Shown one piece after another: positions 29,265 to 37,693 of a stretch of 64,000 nucleotides of DNA (positions are counted from its first letter, which is position 1; each line of letters opens with the position of its first letter). Where the stretch lies: IMG/VR virus record IMGVR_UViG_3300010352_001543. One strand, 5' to 3'. Both the position numbers and the translations under genes were made by a program. A model generated the notes under the pieces. It was given only the letters and a program-made list of their open reading frames with translations. It searched no databases and was not told where the DNA came from. The stretch is from a virus (lineage: Duplodnaviria > Caudoviricetes).

Positions 29265-31094
29265 TTACTTTTTTATTAAAAAACAATCAGTTTTTTTTAT
29301 ATTTTTTGCTTTTTCTTGAATAACTTCATTGTCTCTATAGATATAAAAAATATGATTTTCTGAACATCTAATAACCTCACCATTTACAATAAATTCAAAT
29401 ATTCTGTCTTTGGTCGTTTTTATAATTTGATTAATTTTATGAAAATTATTATCCGAACCTAATACCATATCATCATAAGTAACATCTTTTAAATGTTTAT
29501 CTCCAGAATCAGTTTTAATTAAAGTCATACCGTCTAAACAATCCATATCACTTGTTATAACTACTTTATCATAAGTACAAGTTTTACCACCATCCTCTAC
29601 ATTCAAGTTTAAAATATTCATTAAATCTATTATTTCTTGATTGTTAGATAAGTCAGACAAATGCCTGGCGTTTTTGATTTTCCCTTTCAATGCGTAAATT
29701 GAATGATTAACTGGGTCTCGTTGGGAAGAAATCGCTGCCTTAGATGAGCCACCCTCAGTTATAAAGAGAATTGATTTGTTTTTCGAAGGAATAAATTTAT
29801 CAGAAAAAATAAGTTGTTTATTTTTCTTTTTATTCCTTTTAATCTTCTTTAAGTCTTCCGAATAATTTTTATTTTCTATAGCTATTATTATATTTTCATA
29901 TAAATCAGATTTTATGAAATCTTTACAGACATGTTCCTTCGGTTTAAACGGCATTAACTCTTCCATCATTGCTCTTGAAACAATAAACCTGTTTTTGTTT
30001 TGTTCTTGAAACTGAACATGCTTTGGTGGAAGATTAATGATTATAGCAGTCTCATAAAATTCAGAAGCTGTTTTTGAACTAAATAGTCTTTCATTTATTT
30101 TTTCTTGATAGAAGGTTTGATGAAATCCACCACATAATGAACCATTAACAAACGATATAGAGGTTGTCTTATCTTTTATGGCTTCCCAAATATAAAGCTC
30201 TGTATATTTGTTAAGTTTAAAATGAAATGAATTTGAAGGTAGTAAAGGAATATTTAAATCCAAAACTTCTTTATCCCAAATCAATTCGAATTCAACCGTC
30301 CGGAGGTTATCATCGTTCAGCTTAGAAAAATTTCTGAAAAGGCATTTAGTAAAAACAAATTCTTTATCAAATTTAATATTTTTAAAAGATTTCTTCCGGG
30401 CAATATATGTTATAGTTGTGCCCTTAGTAGTTTTTGATTTTTCGTATGTTTTGCCTTCAGTAACGAAATCCAACCACTGCTGTTCATAAATGTATCCAGA
30501 ATTGGTTGTCTCTACTTCAAATAAATCAGAAAGCATATTGACCGCTGAAAGTCCAACACCATTCGTTCCGATCACAGTGACATCAGATTTATCATTCTGA
30601 AAATTTGATCCTGCTCTAAGTAACGAAACTGCCGTTTCTACATTGGTCAACCCGGAGGTTATATTAATTTCATTTGGATTCATAAATCCACGACCATCGT
30701 CACTAACAATCACCTTATTAGTGTTAGAATTTATATTAACCGAAATCTTTTTAAATTCATATCCTTCTTTCTTACAGCGAAGTGCTTCATCAAATGCATT
30801 GTCGATAACTTCATCCAATAATCGATAAAATCCATCTGAATAGTTAATTTCTTTCTTTACTAAAAGACCATCTTCGAAAATTGGTACTGTTTTAGTTATC
30901 ATTTCAGTGGTACCAACATACATTGCCGGTCTAAGTAAAATATGTTCTCTTTCCGATAAATGAATCACTTCACGATTCACCAAATCATTGTTTTTTTCTT
31001 TTTTCAAATCATGTTTCCTGTAAATTATATCTTTTATACAACAATGGCCGATGAAATTAAAATTCGTTTCATCGACCATCTTAAAATAATTCAA
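29265..31094 (-). CDS. topoisomerase II GyrB-like subunit, N-terminal part (gp39-like), fused to the split-intein N-fragment
   Basis: EHILLRPAMYVG, EVIDNAFDE, DDGRG, GTNGVG, ITEGGS, LKGKIKN, TSDMD|CL...; true start probably somewhat downstream of 31094. Confidence 0.95.
   Translation of the reverse strand: MNYFKMVDETNFNFIGHCCIKDIIYRKHDLKKEKNNDLVNREVIHLSEREHILLRPAMYVGTTEMITKTVPIFEDGLLVKKEINYSDGFYRLLDEVIDNAFDEALRCKKEGYEFKKISVNINSNTNKVIVSDDGRGFMNPNEINITSGLTNVETAVSLLRAGSNFQNDKSDVTVIGTNGVGLSAVNMLSDLFEVETTNSGYIYEQQWLDFVTEGKTYEKSKTTKGTTITYIARKKSFKNIKFDKEFVFTKCLFRNFSKLNDDNLRTVEFELIWDKEVLDLNIPLLPSNSFHFKLNKYTELYIWEAIKDKTTSISFVNGSLCGGFHQTFYQEKINERLFSSKTASEFYETAIIINLPPKHVQFQEQNKNRFIVSRAMMEELMPFKPKEHVCKDFIKSDLYENIIIAIENKNYSEDLKKIKRNKKKNKQLIFSDKFIPSKNKSILFITEGGSSKAAISSQRDPVNHSIYALKGKIKNARHLSDLSNNQEIIDLMNILNLNVEDGGKTCTYDKVVITSDMDCLDGMTLIKTDSGDKHLKDVTYDDMVLGSDNNFHKINQIIKTTKDRIFEFIVNGEVIRCSENHIFYIYRDNEVIQEKAKNIKKTDCFLIKK
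29268..29540 (-). mobile_element. split intein IntN (91 aa)
   Basis: Block A CLDGMTLI.T..G; block B IRCSENHIF; typical KAKNIKKTD.FL end followed by a stop codon. Confidence 0.9.
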
Positions 31095-31109
31095 AAATAA
31101 GCTGCTAAA

Positions 31110-31388
31110 TTACCATTTTTCTAAAGGGCAACTTTCAAATTCAAATTTTGTTTTTTGTAGAAGGTTACACCCACAACCGCCTTTTTCCACATCACATACT
31201 GGTTTGTTCCAGAAGATTAAAAAACTGGATGTTGATTTAGTATCACATTTATTACATATTTCTAATCTTCTTTCAGCTTCTTGGTCAGTTGAATAAATTT
31301 CATCTTTGTAATTAAAAATTTTAATAAATAATCTTCTTAAAAATTTAAAAAAATTAGCAATTCTTTTTATGTTTTGTTTTAAATTCAT
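31110..31388 (-). CDS. small Cys-rich (putative Zn-binding) protein
   Basis: RLEICNKC...C....CGC...K......CPLEKW. Confidence 0.6.
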   Translation of the reverse strand: MNLKQNIKRIANFFKFLRRLFIKIFNYKDEIYSTDQEAERRLEICNKCDTKSTSSFLIFWNKPVCDVEKGGCGCNLLQKTKFEFESCPLEKW

Positions 31389-31397
31389 TGTTATATT

Positions 31398-31745
31398 TTA
31401 TTTTCTGATTTCATGCACTCTATGAGTACGAGTACTGAATTGTTTTTTATAAATAAGTAAAGTTTCTTCTATCGTTCGTTTTTCTTTGAAACATTCAATA
31501 ATCAAATCATAATATTTTTGATTAAATTTATTGTCTATATATGTCTCATATTCAGTGAAAGATATCCCATATTCCTGTAAAAACTTAACTTTAAATTGTT
31601 CAAAATAGGGAGCAAAATCATCAGTGAATTGCTCCATAGTTTTTCTTTCATATAAATTCATATCACGAGCTGATCCTTCTTTACCATCAGCAATACTATT
31701 CTTTTTATCGACTGTTAGCCCACCGAAATTAAACATTCTTTTCAT
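31398..31745 (-). CDS. hypothetical protein
   Basis: 115-aa ORF in operon. Confidence 0.55.
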   Translation of the reverse strand: MKRMFNFGGLTVDKKNSIADGKEGSARDMNLYERKTMEQFTDDFAPYFEQFKVKFLQEYGISFTEYETYIDNKFNQKYYDLIIECFKEKRTIEETLLIYKKQFSTRTHRVHEIRK

Positions 31746-31753
31746 TTGATATG

Positions 31754-32212
31754 TTACTCCAATCCAGTTGATCCGAAACCACCTGAACCTCTTGCAGTTT
31801 CTATCAGTCGATCTACTTCTATGAATTTTATTTTTTCGATTTTTTGTAGGACCATCTGAGCAATTTTAGATTGCGGCTTCACTATAAATGGCTTCTTAGA
31901 AACATTACAAAGAATAACTCCTACTTCTCCGCGATAGTCAAAATCGCATGTTCCAGGCGCATTCAAAACAATTACTCCGTTATGTAATGCTAATCCTGAT
32001 TTAGATCTTATTTGAATTTCATATTCAATATCGTCATTTGGTTTTATTTCAACTGAAAAATTCAAAGGAAATAATTTTATTTCTCCCGGTTCCAGAACAT
32101 AGTCTTCAAAATTAGTAGAATATAAATCCATGCCACTTGAACCCATTGTAGCATACTCAGGAATTTTTGTCTTTATATTAGTATCTATTATTTTTAAATG
32201 TACAGATTTCAT
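31754..32212 (-). CDS. dut: trimeric dUTPase
   Basis: SGMDL, RSKSGLA, GTCDFDYRGEV, IAQMV, RGSGGFGSTG. Confidence 0.97.
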   Translation of the reverse strand: MKSVHLKIIDTNIKTKIPEYATMGSSGMDLYSTNFEDYVLEPGEIKLFPLNFSVEIKPNDDIEYEIQIRSKSGLALHNGVIVLNAPGTCDFDYRGEVGVILCNVSKKPFIVKPQSKIAQMVLQKIEKIKFIEVDRLIETARGSGGFGSTGLE

Positions 32213-32322
32213 TGTAATCCAATTTTATTTTTAAAAAATCGATCATAAACGAGTTATAACTAATTTTCGTTTTTGGGTATATAAATTCATATATACCATC
32301 ACGAAAACAGCATATCGATGAT

Positions 32323-32853
32323 TTATGAACGTCTTTTGATTGGTTTAACATATTCTCTATAAGATAATATAGTATTTTCAGGAATCTGCTTCATAACTGG
32401 ATCACCTTGATTATAAGATATACAGGACCAAACTGGATCACCATCATTCAAGTAATGATCAATTTTTGATAATTTCATAGGCATACCATCCGGTAAAATA
32501 AAATGGTAATCTTTGGTTAGTTTACTTGGATTTTGTAGATATTCAGTGGAAGTTATAGTTTGATATTCTTCACTTAATACTGGATTATTCATAAGTTCCA
32601 GTTTTTCAATTTGAAGTGTGTTGATTTCTTTGTTCAATGAATCAATAACTTCTTGCATTTCTTTTTTATCTTTATTTATAGCATCTATACTATCTTGAAG
32701 ACTGGTGATATATTCTTCGTACTTAGTATTTTTGTTTTCTGAAGAACTATCCGGTTCCACCTCTTTCAGTTGCTTCCGTAAATCTTCTATAATTTCAATT
32801 AAATCGCTTTTTGTCTTGACCGACAAAGAGGAGGATGTAGTTTTTTCTGGCAT
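32323..32853 (-). CDS. hypothetical coiled-coil protein
   Basis: 176 aa with a heptad-rich N-terminal half. Confidence 0.6.
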   Translation of the reverse strand: MPEKTTSSSLSVKTKSDLIEIIEDLRKQLKEVEPDSSSENKNTKYEEYITSLQDSIDAINKDKKEMQEVIDSLNKEINTLQIEKLELMNNPVLSEEYQTITSTEYLQNPSKLTKDYHFILPDGMPMKLSKIDHYLNDGDPVWSCISYNQGDPVMKQIPENTILSYREYVKPIKRRS

Positions 32854-32887
32854 GATTATTAACCTTATTTTTAAATCTTAAATATTA

Positions 32888-32915
32888 TTTTACAAACATC
32901 TTTCTTGTTTTTAAA
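32888..32915 (-). promoter_or_regulatory. TTTAAAAA-N14-GTAAAA promoter-like motif
   Basis: Exact match; lies just downstream of a terminator. Confidence 0.7.
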
Positions 32916-32920
32916 ATAAA

Positions 32921-32952
32921 AAAGTTCGCTTGATTAATTTTAAGCGAACTTT
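32921..32952 (-). terminator. intrinsic terminator
   Basis: Stem aaagttcgctt/aagcgaacttt with a T-run. Confidence 0.7.
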
Positions 32953-32982
32953 CAACATCTGATTTATATATTATTGGTTTTT

Positions 32983-33555
32983 CTATGCAAATTTCATTTT
33001 ATTGTTGCGATTATTTTTATTATAATCAGTCAACTTATGTTGTAAAGATTCATATCTTTTATTGATACTATCTATTATTTTTGTTTCTTTGTCAATTGAT
33101 TGTAATTTCCTTGTGTTAAATTTTTCATTTTGTTGAGCCATCATAACGATAGTTTTTGGAAATCTTTCTTCAATTTTTTTCAGACGTTGTTGGGTTAGCT
33201 CGATCGACTTTGTTTCGTTTATCGATTGTAATATTTTCTTCTTTTGTTTATCCATCTGAGAAATAGCCAAAAGAAGGCTTCTTTTGAATTTGATATTATT
33301 CAGGTATATTTCTTTTTTGATACTCGATATCTTTTTAGGTATCCGATCAATCTTGTCACTTAACTTTTGAGCGCTCATTTTTAAATTCTCTAAGTTCAGT
33401 TGTTTTTTCAGTTCTTTCTTGTTTAGAACTGTAGTGGTTGGTTTATTATCAACCTTTTTTGTCTTCACCTTAATATTATTTTTAGGTGTTTGTTTAGAAG
33501 TTTCTAATAAAATTGGTGAAACTTCCGATGCGTGTTTGTTGATTGCTGTATTCAT
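32983..33555 (-). CDS. highly basic hypothetical protein
   Basis: 190 aa, Lys-rich, coiled-coil-like. Confidence 0.5.
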   Translation of the reverse strand: MNTAINKHASEVSPILLETSKQTPKNNIKVKTKKVDNKPTTTVLNKKELKKQLNLENLKMSAQKLSDKIDRIPKKISSIKKEIYLNNIKFKRSLLLAISQMDKQKKKILQSINETKSIELTQQRLKKIEERFPKTIVMMAQQNEKFNTRKLQSIDKETKIIDSINKRYESLQHKLTDYNKNNRNNKMKFA

Positions 33556-33775
33556 TGCTGCATTCCTTATATTAATAATTAAAAACGATTTCAGTATACT
33601 AATTTAATAAACTGAAATTATGTTGCCATGTAATTAATTAATATGTGTCAGTTTTTATATGTATTTTCAAATAACTTGTTTATGATGATTAATTTTTCAT
33701 CTATGTATGTATTGACTATTAAGTATAAAAATTAGTGTAAATTATTTTCAGAATTATTATTTTTAAACAATAAAA

Positions 33776-33803
33776 AAACAAGGAATTTTAAAATTCCTTG
33801 TTT
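33776..33803 (-). terminator. intrinsic terminator closing the fibre island
   Basis: Stem aaacaaggaattt/aaattccttgttt. Confidence 0.7.
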
Positions 33804-33829
33804 AAAAATAATTAGTTAATTATAAAAAA

Positions 33830-34218
33830 TTATCTTATTTTTATATTAACTACATCACCTACTTCTCCGGTTTCCATAAAAAACCTAGTACATTCGAATC
33901 TAAAGAGGCCGTGACTGCTTTACCGTTTGAATCGGATGCTACACCTGTTCCTATAGCGGCTGCTAAAATTTGTTCCCCTAATTCAACAGGACCAACTCCT
34001 AAAATTTGTATTATTCCGGGTGTGTTGGCAGTTAGACCATCTTCTAAAGATATTCCCATAGCGGGTCCATCAAAAATTGCTTGTCCGTCCGCTGGATATG
34101 CAACGAATCTATGAGGTGAAACAGAAGATGTTTTAGTTACCCTATAAAAGTTAGGATTAGTTTTATATTTGCCTGATTTACCAGTCTCTTCTTGTTCTAA
34201 TGAGCATCTATTTATCAT
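33830..34218 (-). CDS. capsid cement/decoration-like protein (DUF2190-like); zero-frame ORF stops at 33859, paralog-like C-terminus lies in the -1 frame and stops at 33830
   Basis: Paralog of the C-terminal domain of 34235-35233 (VTKTS...RFVA...MGI...G.V.L....GKA); strong AGGAGG RBS. Confidence 0.65.
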
Positions 34219-34234
34219 ATCTATAACCTCCTAT

Positions 34235-35233
34235 TTACTTTAATTTCACTAATATATTATCGCCGATTTGTCCTGTTCCATATGAAATAGCATTAGGTGA
34301 CATTTCTACATCACAGATTATTGCTTTTCCTGTTATGTCAGTTGAAAGTTCTGTTCCTGTTGTGTTAACAGCTTCTGCTAAATTAACATAGCCTAAACCA
34401 AAAACTGTTAAAGAACCTTCGGTGTTTGCTAATAGTTCATTCTCTGATGTAATACCCATACAATATTCTCCTTCAGCTGGCACACCAGTCGCTGAAAATG
34501 CAACAAATCTATATCGAGGAATAGCGGATGTTTTAGTAACATTTAAAGTATTTGTTGTTCCACCACCAGCAGGTCCAGTTGGTCCTGTTGGTCCACCTTC
34601 AGGACCTGTAGGTCCTTGTGGACCGGTTGGTCCGGTTACAGTACTTTCATCCCCTTGTGGTCCAGTTGGTCCTGTAGGACCAGTAACAGTACTTACTGCA
34701 CCTGTAGGTCCAGTAACAGTACTCGACGCACCTGTAGGTCCAGTAACAGTACTCGCTGCACCTGCAGCGCCTGTAGGTCCGGTCGGACCAATTGGTCCAA
34801 TATCACCTTCAGCTCCTTTAGGTCCTGTTTTTCCGGTTGGTCCGGTTGGTCCGGTTGGTCCGGTGACAGAAGGACCTGTTGGACCTGTTGGACCTTCTAT
34901 ATCTGAATCTGCTCCGGTTGGTCCGGTGGCGCCAACTGGTCCTGTATCACCTGTCTCTCCTTTTCTTCCGGTAGGCCCTTGTGGTCCGGTAGGCCCAGTA
35001 ACAATACTTGCTGCACCTGTAGGTCCAGTAACAGTACTCGCTGCACCTGCAGCGCCTGTAGGTCCGGTCGGACCAATTGGTCCAATATCACCTTCAGCTC
35101 CTTTAGGTCCTGTAGATCCTTGTGGTCCAGTAGGTCCTGTATCACCTTCAGCCGGACCTGTTGGTCCGGTTGCGCCCATAGGTCCTTGTGTCCAAGCAGG
35201 TGCTCCTAAAATTACATATTCTGGATTTGCCAT
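34235..35233 (-). CDS. collagen-like (GPT-repeat) fibre with a C-terminal cement-like domain
   Basis: About 215 aa of interrupted G-X-Y repeats, then a ~105-aa globular domain. Confidence 0.8.
   Translation of the reverse strand: MANPEYVILGAPAWTQGPMGATGPTGPAEGDTGPTGPQGSTGPKGAEGDIGPIGPTGPTGAAGAASTVTGPTGAASIVTGPTGPQGPTGRKGETGDTGPVGATGPTGADSDIEGPTGPTGPSVTGPTGPTGPTGKTGPKGAEGDIGPIGPTGPTGAAGAASTVTGPTGASSTVTGPTGAVSTVTGPTGPTGPQGDESTVTGPTGPQGPTGPEGGPTGPTGPAGGGTTNTLNVTKTSAIPRYRFVAFSATGVPAEGEYCMGITSENELLANTEGSLTVFGLGYVNLAEAVNTTGTELSTDITGKAIICDVEMSPNAISYGTGQIGDNILVKLK
34728..35113. repeat. exact 101-bp direct duplication within the collagen gene
   Basis: 34728-34828 is identical to 35013-35113. Confidence 0.85.
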
Positions 35234-35325
35234 TATATCTCTCCAATTTTTTTAATCGTTTTCATTATTTATGTTTTATTTGAGTATTATAATGTATATA
35301 TTTTTTAAAAAAATCACTAAAACAA

Positions 35326-35358
35326 AAAAGAGAATATCTTCTTGAAATATTCTCTTTT
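35326..35358 (-). terminator. intrinsic terminator
   Basis: Stem aaaagagaatat/atattctctttt. Confidence 0.65.
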
Positions 35359-35377
35359 AATAGTAAAAAAATTCTTT

Positions 35378-35710
35378 TTATTTTCCACCATCTACAATAG
35401 TATATACATCAACAGTTCCTGTTGGTGCATCTTCTCCTGTTCCAGGAACCCATCTAATTCTCAACCCTAAACAGAGACTGTTATTTGGAAATGAAGTGCT
35501 TCCCGAAGCTGAATTTAACTCAGCTGTATGAATTTGAATCCAAACTTCATCATCTTTTTCCATTAACATATCTATATAAATATTACCTACACCGGTCATG
35601 TTTTTCCATATATATGTAGTAGCAGAATGTAACTGATAATATCGCTCAGCTGATATTATAGTAGGAGAAGTAAAAGCTACTCCTAAATCTTGATCTTTTA
35701 AAATTATCAT
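35378..35710 (-). CDS. small beta-rich hypothetical protein (possibly structural)
   Basis: 110 aa, within the fibre island. Confidence 0.55.
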   Translation of the reverse strand: MIILKDQDLGVAFTSPTIISAERYYQLHSATTYIWKNMTGVGNIYIDMLMEKDDEVWIQIHTAELNSASGSTSFPNNSLCLGLRIRWVPGTGEDAPTGTVDVYTIVDGGK

Positions 35711-35736
35711 TGAATTTTTGTTTTTTTATTTATATA

Positions 35737-37290
35737 TTAAAAAGCCTCATATTCCTGTTCCTTCAAATCTTCTATAAACTGATAGATTGTTTTATCAGCT
35801 ATGAAGTCAGTCATATTTTGTGCTTGTTGAGAAAGTGTCTCACTAAATATAGGTTCGATAGTTTCTCGTTCCATACTTTCGTGATAATGCTTAAATATTT
35901 CATTATAATATTTAACACAATAAGAATAGTTTTGTTCTATAAATCTTTTATCTCGCTTATTGGTTTGATAATAATATATGTAAAGTTGCGCCATCACTTG
36001 TATCGCCCACATATCAATATAATTATTAAACGGTTTAACTTTCTTAGCATGTTTAACCGCATATATCATATTATCCGTATATCCTACAAAACTTTGGTCA
36101 TAAGAATATTGCGCATTGTTGATTCTTGTAATCGAATCGCGCTTCTCATGCCAGTAATAAACCACGTCAGGTAAGAACATTATTTTTTCTTGTTCTGAAC
36201 TAACCAACCTAATAATAGTATTAAATCCATTGTCTTCATTTGCACGTGTCTCATTAAATCTAATTTTATATTTGTCTATGAATGCACGAGTATAAAGTTT
36301 TCCGAACATCCAAACTAAATCACTTTGATGATTTATAAAAGTTAAATTTTCGTGTTGTTCAGCAAAGCATCCAACTATCGTATGATAACCTTCATTCGTT
36401 TCAACCGCCCTCAAAAGAATTTCAAGAGCAAACGCTCCAGCAAAAGTGTCATCGGCATCAATACACGTGAAATAAGGAGAACCGGAATTATCTATTCCGT
36501 ACTGTCTCGCCACACCAGGTCCACCATTTTCAGGAAGAGTTATTTCTTTAATTTCTACATACTCACTGAACTGATCCACAAATTTTTCATATCCAATGCC
36601 ATCAGCATCGTTTACAATAGTTATACTTAGTTTATCAACAATTGATTGCATAACAATAGAAGCGAGTGTCCGTTCTATTGTATTTTGAGCATTGTAAGCG
36701 GGAATTATAACGTCTATTTTTTTATTCATATTTATTGGTTTCCTTGTATCGTGCCACCACATAGTTCCTCTACCTGGATCTGTAGCACAATGTAAAAAGT
36801 TTACATTTGGATAAATCTTATCAACCGCAGAACGAATTGAATCTTTTTCATAATCATGTCCGACCATAATTCCTTTACATTTAGGAATCCAATTAGTAAG
36901 GTCTTTGGTTATTGCTTCAAAAGAATGGTCAGCATCAATAAAAATTAAATCGAATTTCTTTTTAATCTTTTTCGCTGCTTCATCCGTTGTCATTTGAAGA
37001 ACTGTTGCTTCAATATCAAATCTTTTAAGGTTGTCTTTGAATATTTTTAAAAGATTTTGTTCTTTTGCTTCTTTATGCTCTTGTTCTTCACCTGGAGTTC
37101 CTAAAAATGTATCAACAGCATAGACAGTTAGATTTTTCTTTTTGATTAAATCTGCTATCGAGCAAAGGCTCCTACCTTTCCATACACCGAGTTCTATAAT
37201 TGTTCCGTTATCTGGAACTTGTTCAACTAATTTTCGATATTGTTTTATATCACCGTCGTGAAACCATCCATCTGGAAGTTTTTTCATCAA
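35737..37290 (-). CDS. SAM methyltransferase (Methyltransf_24-like) fused to a GT2 glycosyltransferase
   Basis: IELGVWKGRS, AVDTF, DLIFIDADHS, GHDY; then VIIPAYN, IVNDAD, NGGPGVARQYG, IDADD, NED. Confidence 0.9.
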   Translation of the reverse strand: MMKKLPDGWFHDGDIKQYRKLVEQVPDNGTIIELGVWKGRSLCSIADLIKKKNLTVYAVDTFLGTPGEEQEHKEAKEQNLLKIFKDNLKRFDIEATVLQMTTDEAAKKIKKKFDLIFIDADHSFEAITKDLTNWIPKCKGIMVGHDYEKDSIRSAVDKIYPNVNFLHCATDPGRGTMWWHDTRKPINMNKKIDVIIPAYNAQNTIERTLASIVMQSIVDKLSITIVNDADGIGYEKFVDQFSEYVEIKEITLPENGGPGVARQYGIDNSGSPYFTCIDADDTFAGAFALEILLRAVETNEGYHTIVGCFAEQHENLTFINHQSDLVWMFGKLYTRAFIDKYKIRFNETRANEDNGFNTIIRLVSSEQEKIMFLPDVVYYWHEKRDSITRINNAQYSYDQSFVGYTDNMIYAVKHAKKVKPFNNYIDMWAIQVMAQLYIYYYQTNKRDKRFIEQNYSYCVKYYNEIFKHYHESMERETIEPIFSETLSQQAQNMTDFIADKTIYQFIEDLKEQEYEAF

Positions 37291-37610
37291 TCAACAATTC
37301 CTAACTTTAGTTTTTCTAAAAGTACTTGTTGTTTTATAGTTTCGAGTTTAAGCTCATCAATTTCTTTTGAGCGATTATGTTCTTCTTGAAGTTTTTCTGC
37401 TGGTCGTGCTATAACTGCTCGTTGTGCCATTCTTAATGCTACATCATTTATTGCTGTTGGGTCGGCGACAACAAGAGCAATATCTTCGGCATTACACATT
37501 TCTGCTTTGTTCCAGAGTTCGCCATCGTTAATTATTTCGATTTGAAGAAGTAATCCATATTCACCTTTTTCATTTTGGTGAAGATTGTTTATAAGTATTC
37601 GGTGTTCCAT
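37287..37610 (-). CDS. hypothetical protein
   Basis: 107 aa; 4-bp overlap couples it to the glycosyltransferase gene. Confidence 0.6.
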   Translation of the reverse strand: MEHRILINNLHQNEKGEYGLLLQIEIINDGELWNKAEMCNAEDIALVVADPTAINDVALRMAQRAVIARPAEKLQEEHNRSKEIDELKLETIKQQVLLEKLKLGIVD

Positions 37611-37658
37611 TTTTTGTTAAATCCTTTTGATAATTATTATATAATGTATATATCTATT

Positions 37659-37686
37659 TTTTACAATTGAAGTGTAAATTTTTAAA
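37659..37686 (-). promoter_or_regulatory. TTTAAAAA-N14-GTAAAA promoter-like motif driving the glycosyltransferase unit
   Basis: Exact match to the recurrent motif. Confidence 0.7.
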
Positions 37687-37693
37687 GAAGATT

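Noticed and set aside
33556-33775. tRNA or structured ncRNA in the larger intergenic gap
   Set aside because: Very AT-rich; no cloverleaf or T-loop signature visible
34422-35255. 277-aa plus-strand PVG-repeat ORF and small overlapping ORFs
   Set aside because: Antisense mirror of the collagen gene
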